From Trichoplax sp. H2 (taxonomy: Eukaryota), in NCBI GenBank assembly GCA_003344405.1, contig NOWV01000012.1:62001-126000 (forward strand): DNA of 64,000 bases, written 5' to 3'. Position numbers and translations under genes: made by a program. Shown here in pieces: positions 1 through 13,242 of this stretch (its first letter is position 1; every line of letters starts with the position of its first letter). The notes under the pieces were generated by a model. It was not told the DNA's origin. It searched no databases and saw only the letters and a list, made by a program, of their open reading frames with translations.

Positions 1-3000
1 TAGTTTTGTAGGAAAATCGAAACGTGGACGTGATCACACTAATAATGCATCCAATCATAATCGTGTCGACCGTGATCTATGGAAATCAATTCAATTAGCT
101 ATGACTGATTCACAAAAATTTATTGATGCTCTATGGAATATACAGTGGGAAGAAGGTTTAAGTCCTGACAAGTTGGCCATTATGGAAAATTACTTAGGCA
201 AAAAATCACCTACTAACTTAGCACAAACAAATAATCAATTAACGGGACTAAGCATTACTGAAGAAATGAATCAAAATCACCACCATCATCACCCCATTAC
301 ATCAAATTTACTGGCATCGGGTAGCACATTTTCTCCACGTCGATTATCAAGCTCTACATCAGTAAGTTTTCAAACAGGAACACAACAAACAGGTGCTGTA
401 CCACCTCCTAATATTACTATTGCAGCTGCTAAATATTCATCGGAAGATGCTGCTATCTTAGTTGCATATATTATGGCATTAGTTGAATATACATATCAGT
501 ATTCACCTGTACGTGAGAAAATTGAGCGATTACAAGAATTATTGATTGAAAAAGACGAAGATGAAAGGCGTGCTGCGGAAGAAGAGGATGAAGTTGAACA
601 AGAGGAAGAGCAACGAGAAGAGATACAAATTGAAGATGAATTGTCTATCGATGATTACGACCGTATTGAAGAAGAAGCACACCAGTTGCAGATTGAATAT
701 GACCGCGCAGCTGTCGAAAAGCATATTTTACAAAAGGAATACGATATTAATACACAACGATTGCAAGCAGCTATGGAAGCCATCAATAGTCTTGAAACAC
801 AAACAAAGTTATGGCAAGATCTAGTCGATGAGAATACATCATTAGATTTACTACTAGCTAATTGTGTTTGTGCTAGTGCATTTTTAGCCTATTTAGGACC
901 GCTCGGTGCCGATGCACGATCAAATTGCGCTGCTGAGTTTATGCGAGCGTGTATGAGGAATAAATTACCAGTAGCTAAAAAAGCGATATTTACGGATGTT
1001 ACCCTAGCTGAATTTGTATTAGGCCAAGCTAATTTAAGGCGTATTGAAGTAAGTGAAAGGCTTCCTAAAGATATTTTATCGCAAGAAAACTTCTGCATCT
1101 TCAAATACCAAGTTTATTGTAATTCATGGATATTGTTATGTGATCCACAACGTATCGCATCCACATATGTCGCTGCTAATGTTGACGACATTACTATAGT
1201 TCGCTATAAAGAATTACGTAATCAACTAGATACATGTTTAAATGATGGTAAGGAAATACTAATTACTGACGTAGACACCAAGAGTATACTTGAAGATAAA
1301 CGCTTTTCGATACTATTGCGCCATGCTGATCTATTTGATAAAGAGCGTGAAACATTTAAAATGATGATTGGTGATCATGAAGTTGAATGTAATCCACAAT
1401 TTAGAATGACATTATCAACGTCTTGTCTGCCTATGAATGTACCAGATGAGTTGGCATCTCAATTAAGTGTAATTGAATTATCACATTCAACCCAAGGTCT
1501 CGAGGAGTTATTATTGGATTTCTTTATGCAAAAAGAGAAAACGCGCATTGATGAAGATAGCACACAAATCGCTGAAGAAATGATCGCTATCTATAATCGT
1601 TTGGAAACGATTGAGCAAAATATGCTAGAATTATTATCATGCAATAATAAATTACTCCACGATCTGACGATGACTAAAAAATTAACCTCATTAAAGAAAG
1701 CTTACGATGAAGCTATTGAAAATCAAGCTAGAGTCAAAGTTAACGAAGATAACATCATTAATACACGGCAGCATTATCGACCTGTAGCGAAACGCGGTGC
1801 AGTCCTATTTAATGTCTCCAAGCAAATGGCATTAGTAAATCCAATGTATCAGATATCATTAGATCAATTTTTGAACATGTATTCAACATCGATATTGCAT
1901 TCAGATAGAACTGTTGTTAAAGCAGTCGTTGATCGTCTAACACAATTAGTCTTCTTTTCAATCGCGCGTGGCTATTTCGAAATTGATCAATTTTTATATG
2001 CATTGCATTTAGCAATTGAAGTCGAAGGGTCGGAAGGACGTGTTGGCAATCTAGAAAGAGAATATCTTATATCACCGACTTTAGCTAATCAACTTATGAT
2101 GGCTCAAGGTAAACCAGCGGTCTCTGATTTGCCACCAAGTAAACATATGGGTAAAAAACCATTTGAATGGATGTCTGATGATCAATATCAGAATTTATTA
2201 ACATTGGCTTCATATTATGATTGGTTTACTGATTATTTTGAACGCATGACACGTGATGGTCGCGAAACTCAATGGCGTGCATTATGTGAACATTTAACGC
2301 CTGAAAATGCTGCATTACCTGATATTATCGAAGATCGCTTAAAACCAATGCAAAAATTATTAATATTACGCGCAATACGCCCTGATCGGCTATTGCAAAC
2401 TACCGCTGCGTTTGTTGTATCAGTTTTAGGTAAACGCTATGTCGGTGAGGTTGCATGTGATTTGACAACGTCGTACAAGCAAGGCAATAATCGCCAACCA
2501 ATGCTACTGGTATTTTCCTCGGAAGCTGAAACTGCTGAACGCTTAGTTTATGATTTTTCTGTCAAACGCGGTATACCGTTAGTTAATTATAATATGTGCG
2601 ACTCAATAGCTGAAGAAAGTCGCATTAATAAAGCTGTTCAACGTGGTATGCTCAACGGCCAATGGGTAATGTTACATAATGCTCATTATGCACCCCATTT
2701 ATTAAATACGCTAAATACAATCTTATCGGATACGAAACAAATTGATCCATCATTTAGGTTATGGATATCATCAAAACCAAATACGATATTATCACATCAG
2801 TTATTACAGTCATCGATTAAATTAGTTGTTGAACCACCTAAGCGCATGAGAGAATCAATATTAAGCTGCTTAAATTGGATCGAACCGGATACATTCAAAA
2901 CAAGTCAGCGCTCAGAGTGGATACCGTTATTGCATAATCTGTGCTTACTGCATAGTTCATTGCGCCTACGTACAAGATACAAGAATCGTGGTTGGAATGC

Positions 3001-5229
3001 TCCATATGACTTAGAATGGAGTAATTCAGAATTTTGGCAAGCTATTGAATTCTTTCGACGTGAATTTGCTAATATTGGTGTATTAGAAAGTAGCGGCGGT
3101 GCAACTGGTGTAAAAAATATAACTTGGACTGGTTTACGCACCATGTTATCAGAAGTTATCTACGGCAATATTATATTCGATAAATTCGATCAAGCAACGC
3201 TAAACGCTATTGTTGAAAAATGGATTAATTCAGGTGCAATTAAACGTGATTCTGAGCCTATGAAGGTAAAATATCGCGCACCTGCTATTATTTTTAGTCC
3301 TAATGTCCGAATGTCAGCTATAGCTCAAGCGATGGAAAATGTAAATCATTCAATATTAGATGTGCCTGAAGCATGTGGACTACATTCATCATCTGAAGTA
3401 GCGCTGGATGAAGGACCTTATCTATTTTATATGCTAAGTAAAATTATACATGATATGCCAGATATTGGAAATCGTAAATGGAACCAGGATCAACAAGTTG
3501 CTACCTCGGATAAAACAATTACTGTTAATCAAGCTTTAGCCATACCTCACAATACTAATGCCCAGCCATTACATACTGCGTATTCTGATCTAGATATAAT
3601 AATATCATCGACTTTTATTCCTGGCCGTCGAAGTCGTTATGTTGACATACATGAAATTGCTATTAATCTACTAAGTAAGTTACCAAAAGGCTGGACACGA
3701 GAGTTCATTCATGAAAGAATTAAAAAGAAGAAAGGATCTATTCATTCGCCATTTAATCAATTCGTATTATCTGAGGTTGAATTAATGAATAAGTTAATTC
3801 AACAGATTCGATTAACTTTAACAAGCCTTAAAGAAGCTACACAACATGACTTACTGGGTGACCATACTAATGATGATGCATTACGAGCTGCAAGCGATCT
3901 ATATTACTTGAGAATACCTGAAGATTGGTGTAAATTGGGTGGACCCTCAGCACCTCCGCATCATTGGAATTTAGGTTATTGGATCGATGATTTTAATAAA
4001 CGTTTTCAACATTTAGACAGAATGCTGTTACAGGTAAGAAATAGCTATTCTGAAATTGTCAGGCACACCTAGTCATTCCTCGTACTAAACTTTAAAACAA
4101 AAATAGTTACAATTTCTACTTAAACTCGTATACTATAACCTACGTAGGATTCTCTCGAGTAGTACAGCTATCCCGCTGGCTTCCTAGGATATATGTTTAA
4201 TATTTACTTGATAGATTATCTCAAAGTAATTTAAACCATGCTAATTATTTCCCATTCCCATTCTGCACTATTCTTGTTATAAAATAATTTTAAATATTTT
4301 ACTAGCAAGTTCAAACTAGTATGAAAGGCTTATAAAATATAATGTATTTATTTTCTATATGAGTACATAAATTATCCTTCTTAATATCTTTCTGGAAATA
4401 AAATATCAATATTTTTTATTATTTCTTGCTAGACTCGAGATAAAATTCCCGCGTATTGGCTCGGTGCTCTATTTCGACCCCAAAGTCTACTTGCTATCAT
4501 CAAACAGGCATGTATTTGATATCATAAAGTGCTAGTAAGCAATACCAGATCTTCAAATGATATGCATATTGACTAGAAAGAATATTATAATATTACTATA
4601 ATATATTCAGCGTTTAATATGAATAACGAGTATGGTAAACTACTCTGTATACGAGCACGTATTTGCTATCTACTTATTGATTATCTTGACTAAATATCAT
4701 TAATATCGTATCGTTGGACCATTGCAGGATACAATTCGCGCACATTATAAGCATGGCATAGCAGAAGAGTACGTCTTACAAATTGAATTAACTGCCAGAG
4801 ATAAAGATCATGTAAGTAAAAATATTTAAAAATCAGAAAATTATATATAACGAAAAACGATAAATGTTATAATTGATTAAATTTGAATTTTTTTAACTTT
4901 TATAGCTAAGAGATGCGCCTAATGAAGGCATGTTTGTCTATGGAATCTACGTTTGGGGAAGTTCTTGGGAAAAGACTGCCGGTGAACTACAAGATGCAGC
5001 CCCTAAATCAAATCCATCATCGCTTCCAGTCATTCATATCACTGCAGTACCAATATCAGATAAACCATGGATAACCGATCCTAGCTCATATCCATCAGTT
5101 TATCAATGTCCATGTTATTGTTCCCGTATGAATCGAGTGGAACCATTATTTTGCTTAGATATCAAAAACGATAGTGGCGGATCGCGCTGGGCACTTAGAG
5201 GACTGTATGCAACATTACGTCCATTTTAA
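1..5229 (+). CDS. Divergent dynein heavy chain, 3' part (stalk/MTBD, AAA5, AAA6, C-terminal domain); 5'-partial. Exons <1-4033, 4433-4507, 4728-4811, 4906-5229
   Basis: The frame of ORF 101-4072 is open back to base 2. Dynein-like motifs: AFLAYLGP, WILLCDPQ (AAA5), IGDHEVECNPQFRM, GLEELLL, YRPVAKRGAVLF, NPMYQISLDQF, RAIRPDR, GQWVMLHNAH, FRLWISS, EPPK, GWNAPY. Spliced exons add PAYWLGALFRPQSLL, PNEGMFVYG, LPVIH, YQCPCY and WALRG. All three introns are phase 0; the middle one is GC-AG. Confidence 0.9.
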
Positions 5230-7533
5230 TCTTATTTTTGATATGCTGATGTTTTTTATTGTGTCAGATACGAATTTTAATTTCTCTAAAATTAGTTCAT
5301 ATATAGTTAGTACAAAAATATTACAAAGCTTTCTTTCATTATCATCTTCATGTATGAATCGAAAAGTATCTATTTTTACATATATAAATTTGCACAATTT
5401 ATTATGACGATACTTTCAGACAGGAGAAGACATTAACGTCGTTGCTTGATTTTTCTTCATTTAATATATCATATATCAAGTCTGTTAATGTTGCAAATAT
5501 CTTGTGCCGTAGAGTTACTTTGAAATAGTAGCTTGTAAAATTTTTATTTAGCATTGTTTAATCACTTCTATACATGAAATAGCGCAAATATACCAGTCAG
5601 TATATTAAATCTACTTTACGCGTGTCTTAAATAAAGTAGGAATAATTGTCATATCGGATATGACATATTGTTCTATATTGTAATATTTCAACATAATTAT
5701 ATCGATATATATCTTCCTGTACAGTATCTATAGCAATAATTATTTTAAACTTTTATGACCTTCATTAAATGTGTGATTGTTGTTAATTATTTCTTGATTT
5801 TAGTTGTATTTTGAGTATGAATATGCTATCTACGCTTGTATATTAATAAATAATTTTTAATTCTACCGAATAAACGATACTAAATCTACTCCACTTGATA
5901 ATCAACGATATTAAATATCGTATGCAAATTAACAATAGTAAATTCTTGTTACAAAATTAATATCAAATCATTCAAATATGTCCGAAAAGTTAAATAGTAT
6001 GTCAACATTGAAATGAAGCTAGAAGAACTAGGAGCAATTTGTTATAAATATTATTAGCGATTTTTGAGTACTGAATATATTGTGGATAAACATTAATATA
6101 TTAACGATTTTATAGTAAGAATTCTTAACTAGCCCATGATTGATAAGCTAGTTGTTTCATTTGTATTCAACAAATGAGTGTTAGATACAGTGTAGTAAAA
6201 ATAACTTTCAAATATCCCCAGGGCTGCTTCAGTACTGATGAAATTTAATGTAAATAAATCTGTACTCTAAAAAAGCTCTGAAATTGATTTCAAAAATAGT
6301 ATTACCTAAGCTATAGTAGCAGCTAATAAAGTATTGTATGCGAATAGTAACAATAATCTATCAAATTAGCTAACGACTGCTACGTATTGGCTTACTGGCA
6401 ATGGTAATATTATTGGTATTGTGATGTAGTAATTATCAGTCATTGAGTAAAATAGAAAGCATCAGGCTATCTATCAGCTAATTAATAAATAGCTAAATGT
6501 AAAACTAGCCATTTTAAGTTTATTACTTTATCTATCGTGATATAATCAAAACTAGGATTTTTAACACATTTACTGGCAACAATGTAATTTTAAAGTATCA
6601 GCAACATTTCATGCTCCACAAGTGATTAAATGTAATTAATATGAATGCAGTTATTAAGATTTCATTAATAGTTAATTAAAGTTTTATTTTATCATGATTG
6701 CAATCACAATATTTAGTAGAAAGCCATTCTATCATAAATTTTTAATAATTCTATCCGGTGAAAAATGAAAATCAGATATAATATGACATGTTCAAACTGA
6801 AATAATCAGCATCAACTAAATTATTGTAAATATTACCTTAATATGATATTATGTGTTATTGGATAACTGCAGCCTGCAAATGCTTTTTGTAACATACAGT
6901 TCCTAAATTGCGAGCTTACGTGTAATACTATTATATGTATATACCCAAGTAATTAATATATAGAATTCCATGAGAGTAAATGAATATTGAAATTATGATA
7001 GTAAATACGTTACTTCGGAGTTGACAAGTTTACCATTAATCTAAAAAATTTTCATAATATAGATTTATTCATTTTGCTTATTAGAACTCTGATGAATTGG
7101 CACATAGTCCTAAGCGTAGTTCGTGTAATAAATAAACATCATCAATGCTAGTATTACTTTTTTGGGTTATCCTGTTGTAAATTATGAGTGATTATACAAA
7201 TACGATAAAAGTGTAGAATGAGACAAGATTAAAATTGAATTACGCTACTGTGTATCTGAACTGCAATATCAGCTACAATCCGCATAAAATTCTATCGAAG
7301 TATATAAAATATTCAACTTAAGATACCAAATATTGCCCGTGATCACTCGATAAACAAGTTAAAAGTGTTCTAATGTGTGATTTATGTGATGGAAGTCTGG
7401 CTAAAGATTTGTAATTCGGAGTGAATACTCAGAGTTAAAACTGTGATAGAAAAGAAATCAAAGCTGGTGAAGAAAGGTATCAAGAACTCATTAGTAGGAT
7501 TTAATGAGAGATAGCAATCATAACTATACGTGT

Positions 7534-9252
7534 TTAATAGTGAAATCCGCCACGTTTAACAAATTCATCCTCACGTAATCGTCCACCGCGGCCAAACAAA
7601 ATAAAATGCAATCCCATTAGTATTCCAGCAACTAAGCCAATGCCATATTTAATCTTACCCTCAGCACAATCCAAACCTAGTTGAGATGGTGGTATTAAGT
7701 GTCGTGGCAACTCAGCAGGTAAATCGCAACCATCCAATTTTAATTTAATTAAATACAATGCCAGAGCAAATTCTTCATCATCCAAGAGATTGTCACCATC
7801 ATGATCAGCCAACACCCATATCTTACCCAAGACGCTATTAGGCAGTTTAGATTTCATCATTTCATTTTTAGCATCATCTGATGATATCCTGCCTTCAATC
7901 GGATTTAAACTATAAAATATTTTATCATATTTGGATTTGTCATAACGTACTGCCCAAAATGGTGAATTAGCACCGATATCCACGCCACTTATGGCTAATG
8001 TAGAGAATGGCCCTTCCATTCCTAAGCCAAAGGCACCGCCACGTATGGCTGGTGTTAAAGAGCTGGCTTGTAAAGCCATATCTTTCAAAATTGGTATCTC
8101 ACAGAGTAACATTCGATCAACAATTTCGATTAACTTTGGCTTCAAAGTTTGAAATTTAGAGAAATCAGCTGTGCGCAAATATTTCTGAAAAACTTCAATA
8201 GGTGGAAAATCACCACGCGGTATTCTATATTCTTCCTCAACATGGAAATAAATATCAGATAGATTAAAGATTAAATTATCTTTTCGAGCTTGTTTACGAA
8301 AGATAGATGGCATCTCTTTTTTCAAGTAAGCAATTAAATGAGCATGACAACGTACTAAACGCGATCTTTTAATGACATAATCTAGCTTTTCCATAGCAAG
8401 ATCACGTGGTAAATTTCTTAAATCTTCAAGCAAATCTTGCTTTTCAGCTTCAAGTAATTGTCGACTCTCTTCAGTGGATAATCGACTAAATGGCTCATCC
8501 CAAAATGAGCCAATATAAACTCGAGGAACAAAGCGCGACGGTATAATTTTACCCAGGTAGAACATTAACGCACCGTAAACACGAAATAATTGTTGATAAT
8601 CGATTAAATCGGATTTATTCAAGACAATGCGGACTTTATGGATATTTTTGGTTAACAAATCCAAGATAGCTTTCATTTCATCGCCAACCTCCAATTTTTG
8701 AGCGTCAAATAGTAAGACAATACGATCAGCATGTTCCGCAAACCAGTCGATAACACGTGGAAAATCATAGCCGCGTTTAACATTGGACATATCGCTTAAG
8801 ATACCAGGTGAATCAATGATTGTTAAATTTTCCACCACTGAAGATTGGATTTCAATACATGTTAACTCATCCAATAGGTTATTACCGAATTTACCTAATG
8901 CGCGATAATCTTTGCTTGGGTCGGATACTAAAGCATGACCAGGCAACAATTTGTCATTTTCACCATACGATATAGTGCAAAAGTTATCGGTTGATGGTTC
9001 AGGACTGACCTTCATACCAGGATAGCCACGACTTAACAAATACTTGATAAATGTAGTTTTTCCCGTACTATATTCCCCAACTAACAAGATAGTGGGTTTG
9101 ATATTAAAATCTTTGTCACCCATGGGTGGTAAATCGAAATTATCAAAGTTGTAATATTCCTCCAAAGGCAAGACTTTATTCTTGTAAACTTTTTGCAACT
9201 CATCCATGACACGTTGTAGTGCCTCAACTTCTCTAGTTTCGTTTAGACTCAT
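7534..9252 (-). CDS. EHD: EH-domain-containing dynamin-like ATPase (EHD family), intronless core
   Basis: First ATG is at 9252; the track start at 9300 is TTG. P-loop GEYSTGKTT, PEPSTD, IIDSPGILS, RGYDF, LLFDAQKL, VLNKSD, RVYGALM, RVYIGSFWD, GPF linker, and EH domain KSKLPNSVLGKIWVLADHDGDNLLDDEEFALALYLI..LPAELPRHLIPPS. Confidence 0.95.
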   Translation of the reverse strand: MSLNETREVEALQRVMDELQKVYKNKVLPLEEYYNFDNFDLPPMGDKDFNIKPTILLVGEYSTGKTTFIKYLLSRGYPGMKVSPEPSTDNFCTISYGENDKLLPGHALVSDPSKDYRALGKFGNNLLDELTCIEIQSSVVENLTIIDSPGILSDMSNVKRGYDFPRVIDWFAEHADRIVLLFDAQKLEVGDEMKAILDLLTKNIHKVRIVLNKSDLIDYQQLFRVYGALMFYLGKIIPSRFVPRVYIGSFWDEPFSRLSTEESRQLLEAEKQDLLEDLRNLPRDLAMEKLDYVIKRSRLVRCHAHLIAYLKKEMPSIFRKQARKDNLIFNLSDIYFHVEEEYRIPRGDFPPIEVFQKYLRTADFSKFQTLKPKLIEIVDRMLLCEIPILKDMALQASSLTPAIRGGAFGLGMEGPFSTLAISGVDIGANSPFWAVRYDKSKYDKIFYSLNPIEGRISSDDAKNEMMKSKLPNSVLGKIWVLADHDGDNLLDDEEFALALYLIKLKLDGCDLPAELPRHLIPPSQLGLDCAEGKIKYGIGLVAGILMGLHFILFGRGGRLREDEFVKRGGFHY

Positions 9253-9564
9253 CTTGATATCGATTAGAGCAGTAGCAATCCAATGATAAAAACTATACAA
9301 AGATCCAATAATAAAATTGCCTGAATCGTTGATTGATTTTATTAATGTTTTCTTTAGTATGATACGATATAAAGTCCTTTATACTTTTACGGTATCTATT
9401 TCTAAACTGAATAAGGCAGGCTATCGGAAAGTGGAATGAATTTCTTCTGTACTTAGACCAATTAGTGGAATTGAAAGCAACTTAGCTGCGTCCAAGTATT
9501 CAAGTTTCCTTCAAAAAAATAAATTAAGGATTAGCGCATATAGAGAAAGAGTAATAGATAGAAA

Positions 9565-9648
9565 GATAGATGAGTAGTTGGATAGAATAATCAAAAATTA
9601 ATGACAGATAGATAGATGGGTAGTTAGATAGAATAATCCAAAATTAAT
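9565..9648. repeat. Two-copy 46-bp-period repeat inside a purine-rich GATA/TAGA tract upstream of EHD
   Basis: gatagatgRgtagttRgatagaataatcMaaaattaat at 9565 and 9611. Confidence 0.8.
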
Positions 9649-11412
9649 TAGAGATATAGACAACTAGAGAGGTAGGTAAAGAGATTAGTAGAACTCAGCA
9701 TAGAGATCGTTTAATAGATAAAGAAATAGGTAGACTGTTGGATATATGTTTTAACTGAATTACGCCTGAGGATATTTAGCTAATTTAAGCTAAACTAAAA
9801 TTGCTGTAAATCAAAGTTATTGCAATACTTTCGTTTGGTTCCTACAATAACGACGATATTCCCCGCCAATTAAAGTAGCAATGATTCATTCTTAACTGAA
9901 GTTCTTCAAAGATTACCTTTATCAAAAAATGGCTTAGCTATGTACTATATATGTATACTGATTATTTATGGATGCTTCCAAGATTACAGCCCTTGAACAA
10001 CTATTATTTACTTTTAAATATTTAGTTACTTACTCATAGTATTGGAGCACGTCCCTCCTAGAAATTGCTGCTAGCCTGAAAAGGTTAAAACGACAGCAAC
10101 GACTGTTAACTTTTCCCTTTAGCTAAGATGAATAACCTTTAGCGTCTCTGGCCTACATCAATGTATTAGCATTCACTGCGTCATCATCTAATCATGATTA
10201 GAATAGAAATAGACCATATGTTGTAACATAGCATATGGTTACTAGATTGAAAATCACCAAGCCAATGTCTTATCATTGGATATCAATAATTATATACATA
10301 TTCAGCGTGCTTAATACTTAATCTTTGGGCGTCGTCAAAGTGATGACTAACAGTTAACTAACCAATAAAGCAAAAGTCATGTACTTAAAATTGCCATAAG
10401 TAAGCTATTTAACGAATCAATTTAGTTAAACAGTCTATCAAGGCTTTATATGACTTTGAACAATTAGAACCAAATGATTAATTATTACGTTATAACTACT
10501 GTAATAAAATCGATCTAAGTCGAGCCAATCTATAAAATGTAAATTTCCTCTTTGGAATTGAAAAGACCAATTTTTTCCCTATAAAGCCTCAGATAAACTA
10601 TGCATATAATCGGTTATCACTTTGCTTTGAAAGTAATCTACAATTTAAAATATAAAATAAGGTTCTAGCAATCTGATTCTATTTAGATGTAATATGATTG
10701 AAACGCTTCTAACTGATACTATAATGAGTAACTTTCCGTTACGTGATTAAATCAGTATTCTCGTTGACTAGAATAAGTCATTGCTTCGCTTCTACGCGTA
10801 GACTGTGCTGGTATAACATCATTAATATTTTTGCCTACATTTTATATACACATCATATTAAATATCAGATTCCGAAAGTGTTACGTGAAACAATTGTTAT
10901 GAATTGGTATAAACATATGCTTTCGTTTACCAGTGACGCTATCATCTATATGCAACCGTATTGTTCGATTCTGCTAGATCCCAGAACGATTGCTTGATGA
11001 AATGAACATTCAATATGAATATAAAAATATTAATAATATCATACTTAAATAACATTACCGGTTCATTTTGTTATAAGATCCATACTTATTTCTTACAGTC
11101 TCTTACAATGATAATTTTCAATTCATAGTAATTTTTGTATAATGAAATCAGGCGGCATTAGAATATCTTCCTATTAGTAGCAAAATTAACGATAGTCAAT
11201 ATGAAGAGCAGTATGTCTAGAAAATTTATTACTCTCGATTATCAATTTATAGTAATAGTACGCGTATGGACTATTAAATTATGGTAATTATAGGCAGATT
11301 AGCACGATCTTGATACGAATCATATAACCATTAAAGATGAAGCTCAAGAATCGATAAACGATAATATTTTAAGTAATATCTAAGTATGTTTGCGTAATCA
11401 ATCTTGCCATTT

Positions 11413-11433
11413 TATATATATATATATATATAT
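11413..11433. repeat. (TA)n microsatellite
   Basis: About 10 TA units seen directly. Confidence 0.9.
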
Positions 11434-13242
11434 GTATACCCTCCGCTATGTATAACCGCTAAATTACTTTATTAAGCCTGGAGTAGAAGCCTTAGATCGG
11501 CTACTGTTCTATCTTCCAATAGCAGCAGTATGATAGAGACAGTACAAACTTAGTCAATACGCAGCAGCCTCTACTTTGTAGATTTTACAATATGAATTAA
11601 TCCTTTCAATCAAGAAATAAGAGCTTATAGTATGTTATTATCTTTTATTAGCATATTAACAGCTTGGCAACTTCAATATTGCTCCTTCAGCTAACGTACA
11701 CTAGTCCCTTGTTTGCAAATTTCGAATATAAATTGGTCGCTTTAATCTGGAATTCAAAGCTTGCAGCGTACAACGCATCATCTTCAGATGTTGGTAATTC
11801 GGCTAATAGGCAGTAGATTTCGCTCTGGAGTATCAAATGTAAATTAATCCTTCTAATCAGGTAATGAAAGTTACAGTGCATTATGTACTATTGTTCATCA
11901 AGCTGATGATACATTCATTATCCACGGAATTTACGATCTCCGCTAATATACTAGCACAAAAGTCCCACTTAGTAAATTTCGAATAATTTTAATCTAAAAA
12001 TGAAAACAGTTTTCATTCTGTGCGAATTAGCAGAAAAACAAATTGTTAAAAAAGGAAAATAGAATCAATCTCAAATAACAAAGAATTACCAGTATTTTTA
12101 AATATCTCACACTACGATTCATTGATCAAAGGCGAAAAGTTTCTTTTTCAAATCTTGTTATACTTAAATGCAACATATTTATTTCTCCATAGGGCGCAGA
12201 CATAAAGCAAATATGAACATATAAGCTGTGACATTAGTAATTAAATGATAATTGCGCTAAAATTGCATCTAATTATTAATATTGTTTTTGGGGAATTAGA
12301 CTTGCAAGGTGTAAAATTAATCAATTATTTTGTCATATATTGGATGATTTATAGATTTCACTCAATAAATTCTGTTAATCTGTTAGGACATCGAAGACAA
12401 GTAAACTATTTTAGACCGATGTCTACAATCGATATCACAAGATTTAAATAGATTGCTCCATTTTATTAATCAACACAATATTATAATAAGAACAGGAGAG
12501 CTAAATAAAAATTTTTCTATTCCAGGAAATATTTAAAAATTAAATTTCACAAAGCCTAATTTCATTAATGATTATTATAGCTTAAAGGAGTACAGTAGAT
12601 GATTCATCAATATTTCAGTTTGGTAGAACTGAATAATATGTCAATTACAATTTCAGTTCAGATACGTAAATTTGCGATTGATGTTGAATAGCCAGCAGCT
12701 TAGAAGTACCACTAGCAGATAAAAGGCAATTTCAATTAGTAATCGAATGATTACTCAGCCAATAATTTAAAACTTTACTTACTTTGTTGTCCCAATGTAG
12801 TAAACCTTTTCGAATAGTTTTACACAATGTTGAAAGTCCTTGAAACAAAATAATAATAATATTAACGGACGCATTGCTTTCAATTCATATTAAACTACCA
12901 ATTTCAAGTTAAGAACAAATTTACCTCGTTTCTTTTCGCTATGGATCTGAATTCAAAAAAATTCTCATGAAAGCCTATTAGTATAGATCTTTCTATAACT
13001 AAATTACAACAGTTACAGGAATAAATTAAGAATATGTATGATTATGTTCTATTCTAGTCACGATCAAGAGAAAAAGTAATCTACTAGGACAATACGAGTG
13101 TCTTCATTTTCTCATAATAAACGGTTAGGAAAATGGTTGTGTATATATGTGAATTTAACAAACCTAGCAATTTCTTTAGCTAAATAATAATAGCAACAGA
13201 AGTAAACTAATGATTATTATTATAAATAGATAATTATCAATC

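Noticed and set aside
539-3144. Small overlapping or antisense ORFs within the dynein exon
   Set aside because: Shadow frames of a long coding exon, with no independent support.
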